From Amoebidium appalachense (lineage: Eukaryota; Protista; Ichthyosporea): a stretch of 64,000 bases of DNA. Location: positions 3,038,001-3,102,000 of the forward strand of contig CAVNZM010000006.1 of the NCBI GenBank assembly GCA_963693365.1, written 5' to 3'. Positions 27,223 to 40,211 of the stretch are shown here, piece after piece. The position numbers were made by a program, and so were the translations under genes. The notes beneath the pieces were generated by a model that searched no databases, was not told the origin of the DNA, and saw only the letters and a list, made by a program, of their open reading frames with translations. How positions within the stretch are numbered: position 1 is the stretch's first letter; every line of letters starts with the position of its first letter.

Positions 27223-27679
27223 TTTACATAAAGTCCATCGATGGTTCAAGAGAACTTTGTCCCTGATGTTAAAAACACCGTGCTCGCGCCAGTCTCGGTA
27301 GGAATACATCATTCCGCATTCCTTTTTTGGGCACAGTTTGCGGATGCAACGGACGGGGCGGACACCGGTGTTGTGGACGATGAGCCAGGCCTTGTACTCC
27401 CTCTGCTTCAGCTCACTGTGGCACCCGACACACGTGTCTTCAGGAGCCACATAGTCGCTTGGAAATTATGTGCTCCCCTCAGCATATTTGCTTGCTGTTG
27501 TTCATTTTATAACCAAGTCAGAAATTTTCTCTGCTGCACTGTTTGAGGGAAAGGGCTCGGGAGGGGGGGGGGAGGAGAGGCTAACATGCAGTGTCTGTTA
27601 CAGGATGCAAACAGAGTTGAGCGTGTCTTTTTGTGAATGTGTGTGTGCGCTTTTGAGCAAGAGTGTGCATGCGTGTGAC

Positions 27680-27769
<90 letters not shown>

Positions 27770-28164
27770 TAATCTTACATGTATGTTTGAGTATGCGTGC
27801 GTGCGATATGTGTGTGTGTACAGAAAGTCCCTGTGTGCTATTACATATAGCTGCAATGTCTGGCAATGTCTGGGCTCATACACCACAGCCATGCCACACA
27901 GCGTCATACAACAGCGAAAATCTCCGTCTTTTCCCTTTTTTACGATTTTGCTGCTCCAATAGGAAGAAATTAACTGTTGGGCAAGTAAATTTATTATATC
28001 CGTAGGAGGGTTCTCGGGGAAGGATTCGACGGTGCTGTAATAGTGGTTGAAGCTGCCCTCCAACCCCACACTCAACACCTCGTCCTGGTCAAGGCCCTCC
28101 TCTTCCTCCACCACCTCGGCATCTGTGTGTAAGATGATGATAGAGGCCTAAATGCCCCCCCCCC

Positions 28165-28195
<31 letters not shown>

Positions 28196-28407
28196 ACACC
28201 ACCACCACCACCACCACCACCACCACCACCACCACCACAAAAAACTATAAAAAAAACCCTGGACCTAATCCCCACTTCCACTTTCTACTATGGGCAAAAA
28301 TCAAAGGTGCATCCAAAAATATTCTTTTCTTTTCTTCTTTTATTCTTTTCTTTTCCTTTCCCTTTCTTTTCTTTTCTTTTCTTTTTTTTGGGGTTTTTTT
28401 TTTTTTT

Positions 28408-28456
<49 letters not shown>

Positions 28457-29543
28457 ATAGGGGACCAATACATTCAATGACCGTGGTGACCACATAGATG
28501 GGCAGTTTGTGTGTGCGTGAGTGGTTGAGAGCGTGTGGGTGTGTGTGGGCGTGTGCGCACCATGTTTGCACATGTCATGTGGGCTAGAGTGTGTGCAGTG
28601 TCTACGTGTATGGGAGAGATTGGGATCCAAAAAAGGAAGGATGGGCAAAACACAGAGACATACCCTCCGTTGCGTCTGCTGGCTCTGTGTCCATCATTGT
28701 ATCGTCCGCACTGCCCTCCCCTGGTGCATCCCCCGTCGCGTACGGTCTCGACTCTTGTGCACCTGCACATAGTAGGGTCAATAATAAAGGGACACACGAT
28801 TTGAATGTTTCAAACATCAGCTAGGGGGATGATGATGTGCCATTGCAAGGGTCGAACGTGCCACACTCGGAAGGGGGAGGGGGGGTGAGAGGGAGGGAGG
28901 GGTAGGCGTGAGAGGATTATCTGCTGCTAAGGGCTGAACACACACACACACACACACAAAAACCCACACACACATACACGCACGTGCGCACGTGCACACA
29001 CACGCACACGCACGCACACAAACACACACACACAAACCCCCCCCCCCCCCCCCACCCCCACCCACCCACCCACCTACCCACCCACCCACCCACCCACACC
29101 TTGTGAAAATGCGGCATGGGGCAACTGCAGCTCAGTATAAAAAGACATCTGAAGGGGGCAGAAGTGGAAGCATCGGACAAAACCATCGCGTTTGGCATTG
29201 CGCTTGCGCCCACGGTACTCTGCAACTACAGGAGAAGGAGACAATGCGGCCATTCTTATCAGAACGGGCATAGACAACACGGAAGCCAGTGGGATCATCA
29301 AGCGCATCCCCATCGTCTGCACTTGCTGCAACACCACCGTGCACTGCAAGAGGCAGATAATAAGCAGGTGTCTTCCTTCCCCTCACCCTTGCCTACGCCC
29401 CCCCAGGAACACAAATTTCTACTGCCAAACTATCCAAGTCAACTCAATCACGCACACAGACAGACACAGACACAGACACAGACACAGACACAGACACACA
29501 TACAGACACAGACACAGACACATACACATACACAGACTCACAC

Positions 29544-29576
<33 letters not shown>

Positions 29577-29723
29577 GCACACAGACACCAACCAACCGGT
29601 CGCACATACTCCTTCAAACCATATTGTTTTTAGCCCCCCCCCCCCCCCCCCCCCCACACACACAAAAAAAAAAGTCCACGCCCCTCCAACAGTAAAGAGC
29701 GCCAACCTAAACAGCGACACCTA

Positions 29724-29774
<51 letters not shown>

Positions 29775-32672
29775 AAAGCCACACACAGATACGATGTGAC
29801 TCATATCAGGCACCCTTGAGCTTAGTTCGCAATGGTGCCCATAATCCCACAAGCCCTCGAGCCCATTGCCACAACCTTACACGCCCATCCAACAACAAGC
29901 ACACGCACCTACATAGCACCCAGTCGGGTTTCCTTTGCCATCAAGCACCTTCTGCACCTGGCTGAACCCAAAGTGCTCTGCATCCTCCTCCACAATCATC
30001 CGCTGCCGACCCAGAAGCCCCGGGCTCCAAAGGCGCAATGCCTTTTCCCGGTCAGCAGGGCTGCATGCTGGCTGTGCATCGGCACCCTGCTGGGCTGCCC
30101 CCCCCACACCTGGGCCACCATTCCCCGAGTTCTGATCCTGCTGCTGTGCTGCCTGCAGGTGGTCTTGGTATTTTTTCTCAAGGAAGCTGGCCCAGTGGGG
30201 GGGCACCTTGCAGCCAACCGTACGTGGCTTGCCAAGCTCTGCAGAAAACCTGCAAGTAAGTCAACTACATACATGTGCCGAAGAACAGGGCATGCACATG
30301 TCTTTGATAGAGTATTTTGGGAAGGGGAAGATGAGCGCTAGAGAGCGGAAGGAGGGATGGGGGCTGTTTGGGTTAAACCTTTTGATGCGTATTTAATAAC
30401 CTTGCAGCAAGAAGGGGCTGGAGGTGAGTGCAGAGAAGGAGACGCGCCAGGGAGGGAGGGGAGGGGAGGGGGGGGGGGGGGGGGGGGGGAGGGGGGAGGG
30501 GGGGGGGGGGGGCTTGTGCTCAGGCCCAGAAAGCGGGGTGTGTGAGTGCGGGGAGCAAGTGAAAGACGGATTGGTAGAGGAGGGAAGAATAGGGGAAGGG
30601 TACTAGTGGGCAGCCTTCCACACCACGTTGAAAATTTCATATCACTCCACGGCATGGAACGCCACACATAACAGCGAGAAAGCAGGGAAATGGGGGGGGG
30701 GGGGGGGGAGGGAAGAGAGGGGATCAAAAAGTGCTGCCGTACCTACATGTTCGAGAGGGGGCAGGGGGTGGGGGAGCAATGGGTTTGGGACTAAAGTTTC
30801 GAATGATTTGATGCATATGAACAAAAACTAAGGGGCAAAATCACTCACGAACTGGAAAACATACATCGAAGGGGAAGAACGATACAAAGGGAGGAGAACG
30901 GTAAATGAGGGAGAGAAGGTGGGGTAGAGGGACAGTTTGGGGGGGAGGAGGGGAGGAGGGGGGGGGAAGGGGAGAATCATTGTGTTCCTCCAGTATGAGA
31001 AGGAGGGGGTTGGAGGGGGGGGGGGGGGGGGGGGGGAGGGAGGGGGGGGGGGGGGGGGAGAGGAGACGGTAGGGTGCATGCTTGTCTTCTCAGAGTCATA
31101 GAGTCCAAAGAGGAAAAGGGGAATGGGGGGGGGGGAGGGGGGGGGAAGAGAGGGGGGGGGGGGGGAAGTGAGAGAGAGGGGAGAGAGAGAGAGAGGGAGG
31201 GAGGGAGAGGGAGGGGGGAGGGGGGAGGGGGGGGGGGAGGAGGGGGGGGGGGGTTTGCATACTCTCCCAAGTCGAAGCCACTTTAATATGGTGGCACCAC
31301 ACTGGCCCATCTGATGTGCCCACACGTGCAGCCATTGCACCGTTGCAGCCTTCACTATCACATTCTCCAATACAAAAGCGTTGTTGTAGTAGTAGAGCAC
31401 AACCATCCTCCTGTGAATCTCGTGTTAGTTGAAGCATGGTATGGAAGCTGTTTCTAAGACACCTCATGTACTTGTTTCGTGTCAGTGATCCCCTCCCCCC
31501 CCCCCCCTCACCCCAACTCCTCCCCCTCCCCCCCCTCCCCCCCCCCCCAAAAAAGCAGAAAAAATCATACATATAAAGAAAAGGCCCCACGAGCACCAAG
31601 AACAATCACTTGCCAAGCACACAGGCACACAAGCCCACAAGCAGGCAGCAAAACAAGTAGGCAACCACAGGTGCAGGAATGCACACAGGGCAGAAGGACA
31701 CAGGCAGGCATGCGCAAAGCAGGCAGGCAGCCAGAAGACAGGCACACGGGCAGAGGCATCTACCGTTGGCAAGCACACACAAAGGCGGACAGGTAGCCGG
31801 GCACACAGGTGGGGACTCGCACAGAGATGAAGGCAGATAGGAGAAAGAAAGAGAGGGAGGTGGGGAGGACACCCATAATAGTCGGTCAGTCAACAAAGGT
31901 GTGACAGGCACACGCCCTAAAGCACACACACGAATGCACCACAAAAAATGTGTAAACCTGCTTTACATACCGTCGATCGGGGCCTCTTGGGTTTCTGCCC
32001 TTGACAAGAAAAATGCGCCGGCTATAAGCTCCTGCCGCTGGGCTAGCTCCCTCCTCCGCAGCCGCAAGCAGTAATATCATCTCGCGCTGCTCCTTTGGCA
32101 ACGGCAGACTACCAGTGCAGACTTCAACTACCGGCTTGCGCATGCGATACCTGCGATCGGTTTCCTGCTTTTGCTGCAGAACTTGCTCAAGTTGGCAACC
32201 AAAGCAATACTTCGTACTCTGTGCCAGCAATTCGTAGCAGTCGAAGCAGAGTCGGAAACTCGTGGTACGGTTTGCATATGACTCCTCTACCTTAAGACGC
32301 CGCTTTCTCTGCTCGTCGTTGAGCTCACTCTCGGGTTTGCGCTTATTCAAATTCAGCTCGCGTGCGCGCTGCAAGCTGTAGCTCTTTTTTTCGCTTTTGA
32401 GGTAGTCCCTTTTCGTTGCCCCGTAGCAGGTTGGTTGTATCGCGAAGGTGATTGCCAAAAGCGTTCTCTCGTGCGTCTGTGTGCGGAGCATGTTTAGGCA
32501 CATTTTCCTCCCGTTCACCGCCATTTTCGGTGTCTGGGTTCATAGACACATCCTCTTGCTCGTCGTTGCCAACTGTTCCTAGAAACCCAAGCCCTAGAAG
32601 TTCTTCCAATACTGCCAGAAGTTCTCGGTCTCGTTCTACATCCAATTTCAAGCCCCATTTGGGGCACAACAT
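26614..32672 (-). pseudogene. Intron-containing KDZ/Zisupton-type transposase-like gene (C2orf42-like N-terminus, HMGXB3-like CxC region); degenerate, catalytic core not found
   Basis: Approximate exons: 32672-31971, 31410-31263, 30249-~29913, 29343-29100, 28762-28664, 28122-~27845, ~27534-27228, 26802-26614. Motifs: CFDC-x10-CFGC; IFLVKGRNPRGPDRR|RMVVL; GECDSEGC...WCHHIKVA; SWIM-like FSCSC...RCFHF; PEDTCVGC...KLCPKKECGMMYSYRDWREHGVFNIRDKVLL; LGNGLMTFIALVEL. Several frameshifts and stops. Confidence 0.72.
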
Positions 32673-33995
32673 CACCTCCTAAACGTCCGGAGCTAAGCTA
32701 AACATGTGGCGTTTGTTCCCTTTCCTAAGTCACACTCCGGCAGCCACTCCGGCATTTGGGGTTAGGTGTGGCACGAACACAGACAGAGCAACGAACGTGC
32801 CCACTGCCCAGGCTGATTGGATTATGTACGCGCCTTTTTCTATAATCCAATGACAAAGTTTTTCTAAAGGTGGGTAATGTTAATGCGCCATTCCGCTCCG
32901 GTCATACTTCAAAGCTTCGTATGACGTGGTTTCTATAGGCATCCGAGTATAGGCTAATAATATAAAGTGTCTTAGATGCAAACATGATACATATATAAAG
33001 TGCACTGCTACTATTTTTCTGCTATCTTTGGCATTTCTGTGAGAGTACACACCTAAGGTTTTGAACGATAGAAGCCAATACACATAATCAACCCATTTCT
33101 ATAACACGCACTCTCTTGGAATGCCGGCCTTCGTATAGACCCGCCTTGTGTGTCTTAATCCATCACAAGTCTCGTTTTTCGAACGACTGTCGCCGGTTTT
33201 CCTCGCTCAACCATTGCTTTTTTGTTGCGAAGTGCTCAATAATATGTGTTTACGGCAAGGAGAACGCACTGCAACTGCGTTTAGCGACGTAGTTAACACG
33301 TGGCAACGAGCATTGTGGCCGGGTGATGCTCGGTGATGAGGGGCGCCAGGCCCTGGGAATAACAGCCCGAGGGAGTTAGGAGGTTCTACTTTATGCATCT
33401 GACAAGTATTTTAGTGGGGGGAAGGCGTAAGAGTGTGACTGCACGTTGTTTTGTAGACAGCAGGGCAAGCTACCCGCCCCCTTGTTCAAACTGTGGCTGG
33501 GAAAGCCGGGGTGAGAGAGCCCCGAAGGCTTCGTGCTCCTCCATCTTGCGACTAAGCACAGCCTTTCCCCGCTACCTGGTGGCAAGTCTTGCCGCTGCGT
33601 CACGGCTACTTTTGCCTCAATGTGAAGCTGGGCGTGTACGCAAGGGCACTGCCGCTCCGCCTGCGGTCTTCTAGCATCTACACCGTAACAACTTGCACGT
33701 TCTGTTGTTACTGGCTTGCATAGCTATGCGTCCTATTATGCTAAATTGCGCTGGAAAGGATTTAGGTTACAATCCCCCCCCCCTCCCCGTCACCCCCTCT
33801 CTCCTTCTCCCTCCTCCCTAAGCCCCCCCCCCCCAACCACCACCACCGGCCCCCCCCCTTCCTCCCTCCCTCCCCCCCCCCCCCCCCCGGCACGTGCGGG
33901 GCCACCGCAGACTAGTTGCAACCCCCTCTTCGTCAATATGTACACACACATACCACAGAGAGACACACCACAGGGACACACACGCACACACACAC

Positions 33996-34138
<143 letters not shown>

Positions 34139-34651
34139 CAGCCATCGGCGTGCAATCAGCATCCCATCGCACTGTAGAATAGTGTATTTTGTTGTATTCT
34201 TGTACTGGTAGGCATAGAAAGCGAAAAAAACTGTGCACTGTGTGCTGTATTTGTAGCATTATGCAAGTATGTGCACTCGGCACTGTGTAAATAGCGGTAG
34301 GGGGCTCCTGGGGCGCCCATAGTGAAGGACCAGATCTTTTCGGATGTTGGTGATGATTGATGTTTGGTAGCAAGGTGCCTCAAGTGTACCCACACACTCT
34401 CCTGAAGTTTGAGGTCATTTAGGGCCACCGTTTAGAAGCTCCTTCTATGTAAAGCAGAGAATAAAGGGAAAATAAGGAAAAAACACGTGTTTCTGTCGTC
34501 CATCCGACACTCATGACTTCGTCCATCCCTCCCAGACCCCCACATGCTTGGTATCTATCGATAGCCCTTGCTCTCAGCGGCTACGTTTTGGGAAAGTTTC
34601 ATGGTGGTGCGGCTTAAACCAATGGTTGTACAGCTTTGCGAGCCATATATG

Positions 34652-35062
34652 CAGGGTTGGGCTGGGGTTGGCCAGCTTAACCGTATTGTCCTTTGGCCAA
34701 TCGTAACGGACAGTTTCTTAATCGTAACGGGGGGGGTTCTTGGGGATCTGCAAGCCCAGCTAAAAACGCCCCTCTAGTCACAAAACTCAAAATACGCGTT
34801 TTCACAAATTAAGTATCGCAAAATTACAAGCCCTGGACACTTGTCGGGGCTCGATATTGCTCATGAGAAGCGCGCTGTAGATATGTTCTTGAACAGAAGT
34901 ATTGAAAAAATTAGGTGCAGTTAGATGTTAGGGGGCCTTAAAGCGTTTATAATGCTATACATCTGATACGAAAGCTGTTACGACGGCACCCTAACTTTAT
35001 TCATATCGGGGTCTTTCGTTAATCGTAATTACGACGATTTTTCTTTCGTAATCCCTCCCCTG
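34652..35062. mobile_element. Non-autonomous hAT-type element (MITE), copy 2
   Basis: CAGGG...CCCTG with 8-bp TSD CATATATG (34644-34651, 35063-35070). Homologous to 7078-7484. Confidence 0.92.
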
Positions 35063-35332
35063 CATATATGGTTCCCAATCTCCTTCAGTGACAGGTTTCC
35101 TGTCAGGGAGATTGGGTTTGTTGGGGATAGGGGTTTGGGGGAAGGGGAGAGCGGGTCTCACGTGAGATGCCAAGAGTGAGAAAAAAAAAGAATGTACAGC
35201 CAATCGGGTGCCAGTATCCATAGCAATCGGAGAACGCGGCGACCCAGTTTGAGTCTGATTGGCTGGAACATGTTTCAGCGAATCAAAGCGCTCGCTTCTT
35301 ATGTTTCAGCGAATCAAAGCGCTCGCTTCTTA

Positions 35333-36974
<1,642 letters not shown>

Positions 36975-37052
36975 TCAACTAGACACATGTCATTTTGCCG
37001 AACAATTCACTGAAGGAGGTTTCAGGGAGATTTTTCTTCATGAAAAAAAATA

Positions 37053-37625
37053 ATGGATACGACTAGTAAATTTAGGTCTCAGTGCGCGTTCGTTTATCGA
37101 CGTAGCTATAGAGACGAACATGGGCACCTTTACCATGCAGGGGATAGATGTATAAAAGAAACTTATTTAACCGGAGCTTTTTGCCGTTTACATGTTGGTA
37201 GTGAAAAACATCGAGCACAATATGCTGCACACAAAGAAGATATATGTGCCAAACAGCACGAATATATTGAACATTTCAAAAACACGCACAGAAGCGAAGA
37301 AAAAGAGTACAGAGACACGCACACGGTAGAAGCACAAAAGTACAGGGACACACACAAGGAAGAAGCACGAGAGTACACGGATACGCACAGGGAAGAAGCA
37401 CGAGAGTATAAGGAAACACATAGAGAAGATGCGCGGAACTACAGGAATACGCACAGGGAAGCGCATAGGGAAGATGCGCGGAAATACAGAGACACACACA
37501 GAGAAGAGCTACAACATTACAGGGAATCGCACGTGGAAGAGAATAGACAGTATCAGGTATATTTTACATTTTTCTTTCGCCTTTTGGTCTTTACTTATTT
37601 TGCTTCGGGAGTTTCTTGCTTCTGA
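37053..37625 (+). CDS. Protein or first exon with a C3H-type zinc knuckle and 11-aa YRxTHREEAR[EK] repeats
   Basis: CAFVY...GDRC...FCRLH followed by about 8 charged helical repeats. Probable donor CAG|GTATAT at 37556. Confidence 0.6.
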   Translation: MDTTSKFRSQCAFVYRRSYRDEHGHLYHAGDRCIKETYLTGAFCRLHVGSEKHRAQYAAHKEDICAKQHEYIEHFKNTHRSEEKEYRDTHTVEAQKYRDTHKEEAREYTDTHREEAREYKETHREDARNYRNTHREAHREDARKYRDTHREELQHYRESHVEENRQYQVYFTFFFRLLVFTYFASGVSCF

Positions 37626-37874
37626 GCTCTATGCATAAACAACTTCTTTTTAGTTTGTTCATGGCTTTCTACTTTCTTACTTGCTTCGATGTTTTTTGCC
37701 AAAAAAGGGGGAAAGAAAAGTAAGGGCAAGGAAAAAGCAGAAAAGAAACACTGTAAGGGAAGGGGAATGGGTAAGGAATTGTTGATTTTGAAACCAGAGG
37801 GAGGGAAAGGAGGGGGGAGGGGCAGGCAAGATATGCGCAAATTTTCTGAAACCCCTCCCCCCCCCCCCCCTTCG

Positions 37875-37880
<6 letters not shown>

Positions 37881-37905
<25 letters not shown>

Positions 37906-39731
37906 GGGGAGAAGGGGGGGGGGAGGGAGACGGAAGAGGGAGAGAGAGACGGGGAGACAAGGGCAGGGGACGGCGCGGGAGAGGAGAGGGATAAGGAATT
38001 CGAAAACAACAGCCAAAAGGTAAACAAAAAGTAAACTCATTACCAAAACCAATAATTATGAAACCCTCCCTACCACAAATTACGTATCAAACAGAAAGGG
38101 AAACAGCAACCCACCGACTCGTATGACGGATGTGAAAAAAACAAGAACAACAGGGCCCGGGAAGGGCCGTGAGAGGTGGGGGCCGGGAGGGGAGGGGAGG
38201 GAGCCGGCAACTGAGGGGACTGAGGGAGGGGGGGGAGGGGAGAGGGGGGTTGGGGAGGGGAAAGAGAACATCAATTTAAACAGCAAAAGCCATGACACTG
38301 AGTCAAAAGACCAAAGAACCAGCAAAAGGCAAAGCAGGTCCCGGCGGGCAAGGAATAAGGGAACCCAGGAAGAAGGGAAGGGCAAAGGGAAAGACACTTA
38401 CTGTAGCTTCCGGCAGTTCTGAGTCACTGGGAAGGAAACCTGTAATCCCAATCATCCGGCCATCCATCTCTCCCACATATCCAGCAGCTTGAAGAAATCT
38501 TTTCACTTCAAAAAACACAAGAACGTTTGTATCCACTTGACATTGTTCCATTTCCTCTGCCTTAAAAGTTTGCACCTGCGCTCGGAAACCAGTACCAGGT
38601 ACTGCCACAATTTGTTCCAGGGAAATAGTAGTATTGTTGTGTCCCACTACCCTCCCACCCATACTCATGCGCACACCCTTTTATACCCCATCGATTAACG
38701 CACATTCTGGAACATCACACACCTGCCATGCAACCTCAATCACCTATGTCCACAACCTTCCCCAAAAAAAGGACATGAACAAAAAACAGAAAAGAGAGGA
38801 GAAAAGCTCAACAACCAAAACAGAAAAGAAAACCAGGACAACACCAACACCTCATCGTGACCAGTAACATACACACACACTCCCTGCCAAAAACTCAATG
38901 GTTCCCGAACACCCTAATCAAGCAATTCCATGCACACGACTGTGTTAACCCCCCAAACCTCATTTCACATTCATTCCTACGGTCCCGTAACGTTAACCCA
39001 GTCCCCTCTTTAACCGCACCTGTCATAAATTATTATTCTGGCATATATAATATACACCAACTACAAAACGTAGCGATCGCATTCAGTTCAAAGTCTATCC
39101 GGTTTCAGCATGGCAGCTGACGGTGGAGAATTGATGGCACTACGTACCGATTTCAGAGAGTATTTACCTTCTCTCTCTCCAATTCAACTGAAAAACCCGA
39201 AACATTACTGTTTAGCAACAGGAACGCTTAAGTTCCCCAACTGTTTCAATCCTACAGATCGATGGGGTGCCGGCACATGGTTGGTATATTTCAAAAGTGA
39301 CACACATGGAGTCTACGGGAAACTGCATGTAGTACCAGCCATACAAAAGGTTGAAGGGTACGGACCAATTCACCAAAACGAGAAAGTCAACGTACGTTTT
39401 CATTTCCATTGTGTTTCTGGTGAAGAAAGAATACAAGGCACTCCAGTGTACTTCTACGCAATAGGAACACAATTGCTTTCAACTCCAACTTTAACGCATG
39501 GTGATTTCATAAATCCCTAAATCACCGTCGACAACAACACCGCGACAGCAACAGGTACAGCCTTCCTACTACATCATACCTACGTACGGTTGTTTACGGT
39601 TATTTATCACTGGTATGCCGGTAGTGAAATGTAATTGGTTGTTGTTTAATGACTGGAATGGCTGCAAAGAAAATGTCTTTCTGTTGCCGTGGGGAGAGTG
39701 TTTATCAACAGCCACTCCCTACCACTCACAC
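37881..39731. repeat. Segmental duplication copy A (continues ~43330-43565 after the LTR insertion)
   Basis: Near-identical to 50443-52525, with matching ORF translations in the track. Confidence 0.95.
39110..39520 (+). CDS. 136-aa beta-rich protein, possible single OB fold (copy A)
   Basis: Clean ATG-initiated non-repetitive ORF. Strand pattern YCLATGTLK / TWLVYFK / YGKLHVV / IHQNEKVNVRF / VYFYAIGTQLL. Confidence 0.55.
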   Translation: MAADGGELMALRTDFREYLPSLSPIQLKNPKHYCLATGTLKFPNCFNPTDRWGAGTWLVYFKSDTHGVYGKLHVVPAIQKVEGYGPIHQNEKVNVRFHFHCVSGEERIQGTPVYFYAIGTQLLSTPTLTHGDFINP

Positions 39732-40211
39732 TGTAAACAGTTGGACTAGTTAGGATAAGGCAGAGTACAACTGAATCAAAATAAAGACAGAGAACGGGTA
39801 GAAAGGCACACGCGGCCAGGTTGCTTTTACTATGGGCCGACTCAGTCTGTCTCAGACTTCACTGATGTGATCCCCGTACTGGGACGGCTTTCTTATATAG
39901 CCCCCAGGTTTCGGATCAAGGCCCAGGATTGGTTCATCCGCGGCCAGCGCGGGTGGCAACATGCCATTCGTGATTCTGGTGCGGTCCGAGCCAGTCAGAC
40001 CTTCGTCCTATTTATGCAAACCTCTTATTGGTTCACTTCGTTTATGTGGTATGCAGCGGAAGAACCATATATGGTTCAATTCTTAGGTCAGAGTGAGTCC
40101 TATTGGTGCGGACATAATATTTATGTGATATTCATGACAAAGCACGAATCGTGTGCTAGTAGATCACATTCTTTAGTAAACATGTACAGTTCATGTGTAC
40201 AGTTGTTTACA
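39732..40211 (-). repeat. 3' LTR of the non-autonomous element
   Basis: Direct repeat of 42845-43324, preceded on the minus strand by [14 protein letters not shown]. Confidence 0.95.

Noticed and set aside
32816-32851. Inverted repeat ATTGGATTAT...ATAATCCAAT as a KDZ terminus
   Set aside because: No matching terminus or TSD was found; it is more likely a pair of CCAAT boxes upstream of the gene.
33090-33720. GC-rich stretch considered as a structured ncRNA (RNase P/MRP, SRP)
   Set aside because: No convincing conserved boxes were found; it could equally be a decayed exon.
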